The notes under the pieces: model-generated | Databases searched by the model: none | Told to the model about the DNA's origin: nothing | What the model saw: only the letters and a program-made list of their open reading frames with translations | Assembly: GCA_048772705.1 (NCBI GenBank) | Contig: JBLWGC010000104.1 | Location: forward strand, 496,001-560,000 | DNA: 64,000 nt | Origin: Leidyana gryllorum EB-2025a | Lineage: Eukaryota; Protista; Apicomplexa | Direction: 5' to 3' | Position numbers and translations under genes: made by a program | Part shown: piece by piece, positions 59,480 to 64,000 of the stretch | Layout of the letters: the number at the start of each line of letters is the position of its first letter | Numbering within the stretch: position 1 is the first letter of the stretch

Positions 59480-60490
59480 TCAAACAGAAGATTTCAGTGC
59501 ATATGAAGACGGCAGACCTAAGGGTAGTTCTATGGGCTCGTCAGTGACAATAGTATCCTGGTGGTAAAAGTGGTACTTGTTACCTCCTCCAGCGGGCTTC
59601 AAAGTGATTGAATTGGGGAAGTCTGCTGCCAATCTGTGCACTTGAGGTGGTACAGCTTGTAAAAACTTGCTCAATTCTGGTGCAGTTCCATAGCGCAAAA
59701 GTCTTGTGACATTGGGGTGCGCCGCCAGTGTTTTCGGATCAAAGAGGTGACAGATGTCACCAATTGCGGGCCCGAAATCGTCTCGTCTGAGCTTTCTGTA
59801 GATGACGCGACCATTCGGCCCCCGATAGAACAATTGGTTGGAAGCATTTCTCGAGTTAAAGGCTGAAACACTGACTTCCACTTGATCTCGCGACAGAACT
59901 CTGGCGTAGTGGAGGCCTCGCGCGGATCCCAGCCAGACGCTTCGCAGCATATCCTTGTCAAGATCGATAGGACTGGAGAATGTTGGGAGGAACTCTATCA
60001 TCTTGGCGCCTGTCGGACACCTCAGACTGGGGTTCTCCTGTGGACTAGACGGGACCCACAAACTGATGCCAGTAATACCTTCCCCTTCCACATAATCCAT
60101 ATAAACGTCGAGGGTGTCTCTCCCGTCATCAAAGGAGAGGGAGACACAGCGTTTGTCAGGGTAATACTTCAAGTCGAACTCGCGGTCTTTGTGCCAGTCT
60201 ATCAGGGTGTGGAAGGAGAGAGGATTTAATTCGTTGTCTCTGATCAACGAAGTGTACTTGTCATAATCCTCAAGCCACTTGAGACGACTGTTCAGGTTGG
60301 GTGCGAGGCTCTCATGGAAGAATTGCAGAACTCGGTCGGTTGCCTTGACGTGTCTCACTATCCCCACATCCGAGCCGAATACAGCAAAAGTGGGAACCGA
60401 TAGACCCGCTTGTGCCAACAATGGCCAAATACTGACTCTGAGAGCACAGCTCTTTGGGCGCACCTGGTCTTCACAGCGAGGAGCTCTCAT
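59480..60490 (-). CDS. Orphan protein 4 of the intronless array
   Basis: First ATG at 60490 (MRAPRCEDQ), preceded by a T8 tract. Confidence 0.6.
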   Translation of the reverse strand: MRAPRCEDQVRPKSCALRVSIWPLLAQAGLSVPTFAVFGSDVGIVRHVKATDRVLQFFHESLAPNLNSRLKWLEDYDKYTSLIRDNELNPLSFHTLIDWHKDREFDLKYYPDKRCVSLSFDDGRDTLDVYMDYVEGEGITGISLWVPSSPQENPSLRCPTGAKMIEFLPTFSSPIDLDKDMLRSVWLGSARGLHYARVLSRDQVEVSVSAFNSRNASNQLFYRGPNGRVIYRKLRRDDFGPAIGDICHLFDPKTLAAHPNVTRLLRYGTAPELSKFLQAVPPQVHRLAADFPNSITLKPAGGGNKYHFYHQDTIVTDEPIELPLGLPSSYALKSSV

Positions 60491-60588
60491 TAGGGTGGGT
60501 TTGCGGGAAAAAAAAAGTTTTGACCACTTGGAGAGGGATTGTAGCTCGATGACAGTCTTGAACAACCCTTGTTGTTGGGTAATATCGT

Positions 60589-62163
60589 TCAATGATCTTC
60601 CTTTCTCCGCTTGGCCGCGACCTCACTACTGCACTCTCCTTCTGCAGCCCCTTTATCGCCTACCTGCCGGGTGGATGTGTTACTTTCGTCATTACGGCGG
60701 AAGCCCCTATCCAGCAAAGTGTACAGAACTCTTCTCAGACGCGGGCACCAGCACACCCCATTCTCGTCGGCTGTCATTTCCATCAGTTCTCGTTCAAGTT
60801 CTTCTCTGAGCTTTCGGCCTTCGGGGGTTCTATATACACCACTCTCCACAGTAGTGGCCATTCTCACGACAAATTCCAGCATCTCTCTTCTCTGCTCATC
60901 GCTGATGAATTCGCACGTGGCGAAAGTGCTCCTCACTGGCCCCCTGCCGAGGATACTCTCCACACGTGTCATCAGGACCGCCTCCACTTCTTCTGGTGTC
61001 CGTTCGCACTCGGGTACTGAAAAATTCGATCGACGGCGTACAGGGTAAAGTTTGTCCTCCGCCACCGCCGCGATTGCGCTCGCTGATGCCGCACCGACGA
61101 GGCTGAAATAAGCCGCCCTGTTCATCAGATTTTGTGCTCGCTCGCGGCCGGTATGAAGATCATACAACATCTCCGGGCTTTTTAGTGGAAGCGAGTCAGT
61201 GAGCAGTACAGTTACGTCTCCCCCCGTCCGGCTATTCCGACGCCGGAATTCCACTGCAGCATGACATACTTCCCCGTTCTCGAGTTTGACCACTCGCATT
61301 GGATACGGACTCTCAGCTATGGGCACGTTGTCCAACAAGTATCCCTTCTCGGGACACCATGTGATATACTTGCGTAGTCTGAAATTCTTTACCATCCTTG
61401 CCACTACCGTGTTCATGATCCTGCTGTTGGTAGCCAGTGTATGATCGCATAGTATGTCCAGTGTTTGGTTGACAAAGCTGTCCATTTCCAAGCCTTCCAA
61501 GCCCCGGGTCGCTGCTGCATCAACCGTCGTCGCATAGCCCTGGGTCACTGCTGCATCATTCGTACGCTCACGGGGAGCGGCCCTTGCGGTGGTGCTTTGG
61601 CTTGCTGCAGGCCGTAATCTCTCGCTTACTGGCTGCTCGCCACGGATGGCTCTGACCCATGCGAGCAGGTCATCGTTGGTTATTGTTGCCCAGAAATAAT
61701 CCGACTCAGCCTCCACCTGACTAGCCGAGATGGCAGGACACCCCGGACAATCCTTTGAGTGGATGAGATGGCCGCTGTTCTCCTCGGAAGACTCATATTT
61801 CCAATTCCTCAGTGGCAGCAGTATCCGAAACGATTTTTTGCCGAACTTCGGAATAGATTCTTTGGGGGCAGAATGTGCGATGGATTGCAGCAGTTTGAGA
61901 AAGGGACCGGCATACGTCCTTGTGCGGGCCAGAATCGAAGACAAACTTCTCAGGTCATCCTCCAAAGCTGCTTTGAACCAGCACGGCCTGTGTCTGACAG
62001 CGGTGCTGATGGAGTGATTGCACAGCCCTTTGAAGATGACCGCGTGGAGATGCTGCTGGGGGCCCGGCAGCTGGGAAGCATTCCCTATTGCAAGGTAAAG
62101 CACACACCTCCATCGCTCCGATGGTTTTCGTGTACATCGAGTGCTGCGAACCGGCCATGCCAT
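60589..62163 (-). CDS. Orphan protein 5 of the intronless array
   Basis: First ATG at 62163 (MAWPVRSTR), preceded by a T6 tract. Confidence 0.65.
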   Translation of the reverse strand: MAWPVRSTRCTRKPSERWRCVLYLAIGNASQLPGPQQHLHAVIFKGLCNHSISTAVRHRPCWFKAALEDDLRSLSSILARTRTYAGPFLKLLQSIAHSAPKESIPKFGKKSFRILLPLRNWKYESSEENSGHLIHSKDCPGCPAISASQVEAESDYFWATITNDDLLAWVRAIRGEQPVSERLRPAASQSTTARAAPRERTNDAAVTQGYATTVDAAATRGLEGLEMDSFVNQTLDILCDHTLATNSRIMNTVVARMVKNFRLRKYITWCPEKGYLLDNVPIAESPYPMRVVKLENGEVCHAAVEFRRRNSRTGGDVTVLLTDSLPLKSPEMLYDLHTGRERAQNLMNRAAYFSLVGAASASAIAAVAEDKLYPVRRRSNFSVPECERTPEEVEAVLMTRVESILGRGPVRSTFATCEFISDEQRREMLEFVVRMATTVESGVYRTPEGRKLREELERELMEMTADENGVCWCPRLRRVLYTLLDRGFRRNDESNTSTRQVGDKGAAEGECSSEVAAKRRKEDH

Positions 62164-62301
62164 CGCCAGAAAAAATGACTGCAAAATTATGAGCCGGACA
62201 GCCTCGGATTGACACAAAAGCAGGATACAGAACTTGGATGTACTGAATGATAGTAGTTGTAGCAGTCGTGAAAGTTGATAAGGGAGTAACTCAGGTGAAG
62301 C

Positions 62302-63795
62302 TCATGAAGTACTGGTAGAAAGGTCAGATAAGCCATCAATGTTCTGACAGATTGCTGTAGGTATATGGGCAATGCGAGCATGAAATACACTGCAGCGGTT
62401 CACCAGCTTATCCCTCAGCACGCGGGCGAACTGCTTGCTGTCCGTAGAGCCGTGAACTCTTCTGTTGAGCCGAGCCAGATCCCGTAAGAAAGACAGACAA
62501 CGCGGGTGATCCTCCACAAATTCATTTAGTGCAGTGGCGAAGGTGTGGTTCTGAGGCCACATCATGATATGTTCCATCAGACTTATCCTCTCATCCTTCC
62601 TTATATAGGGACGTATGACGTGTCGCATCAGTGAGTTCAACCTTTCGAGGGGAGTATCGTCGGAGGTCAGGAGAGCCGCAGTCTCAAAATCTATGTCCAG
62701 TGGGCCGTTCTTATAACCTGCATCATTCGCACACTCTTCATACCCGTCAGGATGACGATACCAAGTGAAGTGAGACCATTGGTGTGGTTTGGGGGACGGT
62801 CGCACTATCCGAACTTCATATGAACCATCGACCACCAAAGTCAGGACGGCGTAAGCCGTGCCGTCCTTCACCATGTAGTAAACCCCTTCGTCTAGGTAGT
62901 TGGACTGTGTCCTCCTCAAATGCGGGATTTCACACAATTTGGGGTACCTGTTGTTGAACCACCGCCAGATGTGGACTTTTGAAGGCCATCCTTCCCGTTC
63001 CGCCTTGAGCACCATTTGAAGAGCTCTGCTCACCCACTCTCTTGTCATTTGCTTCTGAAGGTGTGGTGAAGCCGCCTTGATAGCATCAAAATCAAGGCGT
63101 CGTTCCATGGCCTCTTCGATCTCCGTCCGTCCAGCCAACGCCAGGCGAACCTGCTCCTTCTTGTGCGCTAGGGTCACCCCGTGGAACCACGGCGCCAAAG
63201 CCTCGAGGGGCACAGTAGCTCGAATCAAACCGTTCCCACATCTCTCCACGTGGCTCAGTTCGAGGGAAGGAGTTACTACTGCGCCAACCGGCTCCAAAAA
63301 TCTATTCTCCTCTTCCAAAACCCATTGATCAGTGCGCAAAATCAATCTGAGATGAGTAGGGGTGTGGTCTGTGGGGTCGGTGAGCACTTCGCCAGTGTGT
63401 TCAATCCCATGTAAGAAGGCCAGAATGCCATCACGCTCGCCAACATTCCCCCATTCATCAACGACAGAGAGAAGCTGCACGAATCTGTCCCAGAAACGGT
63501 GTAAAGGGCTGAAGTTCTCAGTCGTCATAATTTGGTGAAGCGAAATCGATCCCAGTTGACGGAAGGAGAGCTCTATCGGGGCGCTGGAGGCGGTGGGAGC
63601 GTACCAATTTTGCTCGACGGGAGCACTCCAGACTTGGTGGACGGGCACGCTCGAGACTGCTGCAGTTTGTTGAAATGTGGAACAGGATGCCGCTGAGGCA
63701 ATAGCCACCCATTCCCATCTCTTGGAGAAAGCCGACTGATTGGAAGAAGGCCAACCGCCTGTCTTGGACTTGAAGTTGACCACTGTTTTGGGCAT
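62302..63795 (-). CDS. Orphan protein 6 of the intronless array
   Basis: First ATG at 63795 (MPKTVVNFK). ~497 aa, intronless. Confidence 0.65.
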   Translation of the reverse strand: MPKTVVNFKSKTGGWPSSNQSAFSKRWEWVAIASAASCSTFQQTAAVSSVPVHQVWSAPVEQNWYAPTASSAPIELSFRQLGSISLHQIMTTENFSPLHRFWDRFVQLLSVVDEWGNVGERDGILAFLHGIEHTGEVLTDPTDHTPTHLRLILRTDQWVLEEENRFLEPVGAVVTPSLELSHVERCGNGLIRATVPLEALAPWFHGVTLAHKKEQVRLALAGRTEIEEAMERRLDFDAIKAASPHLQKQMTREWVSRALQMVLKAEREGWPSKVHIWRWFNNRYPKLCEIPHLRRTQSNYLDEGVYYMVKDGTAYAVLTLVVDGSYEVRIVRPSPKPHQWSHFTWYRHPDGYEECANDAGYKNGPLDIDFETAALLTSDDTPLERLNSLMRHVIRPYIRKDERISLMEHIMMWPQNHTFATALNEFVEDHPRCLSFLRDLARLNRRVHGSTDSKQFARVLRDKLVNRCSVFHARIAHIPTAICQNIDGLSDLSTSTS

Positions 63796-64000
63796 CCACA
63801 AGCAGGAAGAACGAACTTTTTTTGGACGGATGCCTCCCCCATCAAATGATTTTCATATTGGTTTGGACCGAGGGGTACAAATCCACAATGAAATGAATAC
63901 ATGGGCCAGAGGTCCATTAGTGAATCTATGGAGAAATAATACTTTATGGTTTTCATTATCACTGAGTGGCGCAATGGTCGCAGGCACATTGTTTTGGCTC

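Noticed and set aside
60589-60592. Bacterial-style 4-nt stop/start overlap between orphans 5 and 4
   Set aside because: It depends on a TTG start. The first ATG is at 60490, after a T-tract.
53750-63795. Calling the orphan array an endogenous virus or transposon
   Set aside because: No capsid, polB, packaging ATPase, integrase or RT motif, and no terminal repeats, were recognised. Kept only as an alternative hypothesis.
1-64000. Prokaryotic operons, CRISPR array, rRNA or tRNA genes
   Set aside because: The genes are spliceosomal-intron eukaryotic genes. No repeat-spacer array or recognisable rRNA/tRNA was seen by eye; tRNAscan and Infernal were not run.

Overview
This is a gene-dense eukaryotic window, not a prokaryotic one. 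Most genes are split by short GT-AG introns (mostly ~40-60 nt), so the ORF track fragments or misses them. An ISP-type PH domain, selenoprotein T and the extreme compaction suggest an alveolate, plausibly a gregarine-like apicomplexan (inference). Bases 1-53.3 kb hold mostly housekeeping genes: OYE/NamA-like reductase, AATF/BFR2, RPA2, two GT47 exostosins, POLD4, METTL18, an aspartic protease, a CTL transporter, NOM1, XPO4, an Angel/CCR4-like EEP, an acyl-protein thioesterase, H3, a HIRA/CAF1B-like protein, cathepsin Z, DHX16, RBM19, a FAM13-like protein, SELENOT, NECAP and KLHDC4. Many are packed with spacers of 2-45 nt. Bases 53.7-63.8 kb are an array of six intronless, co-oriented orphan ORFs. 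Highlights: (1) a divergent histone H3 with K4 replaced by R, tail-to-tail with a HIRA/CAF-1 p60-like chaperone; (2) a stand-alone fungal-type NRPS-like enzyme (A-T-degenerate T) with no reductase domain; (3) SelT with an in-frame UGA and a type II SECIS; (4) 2-12 nt stop-to-start spacers and 28-43 nt divergent promoters; (5) the orphan array with a shared N-terminal pattern. All family calls come from motif recognition by eye. No searches were run, and exon boundaries are manual.
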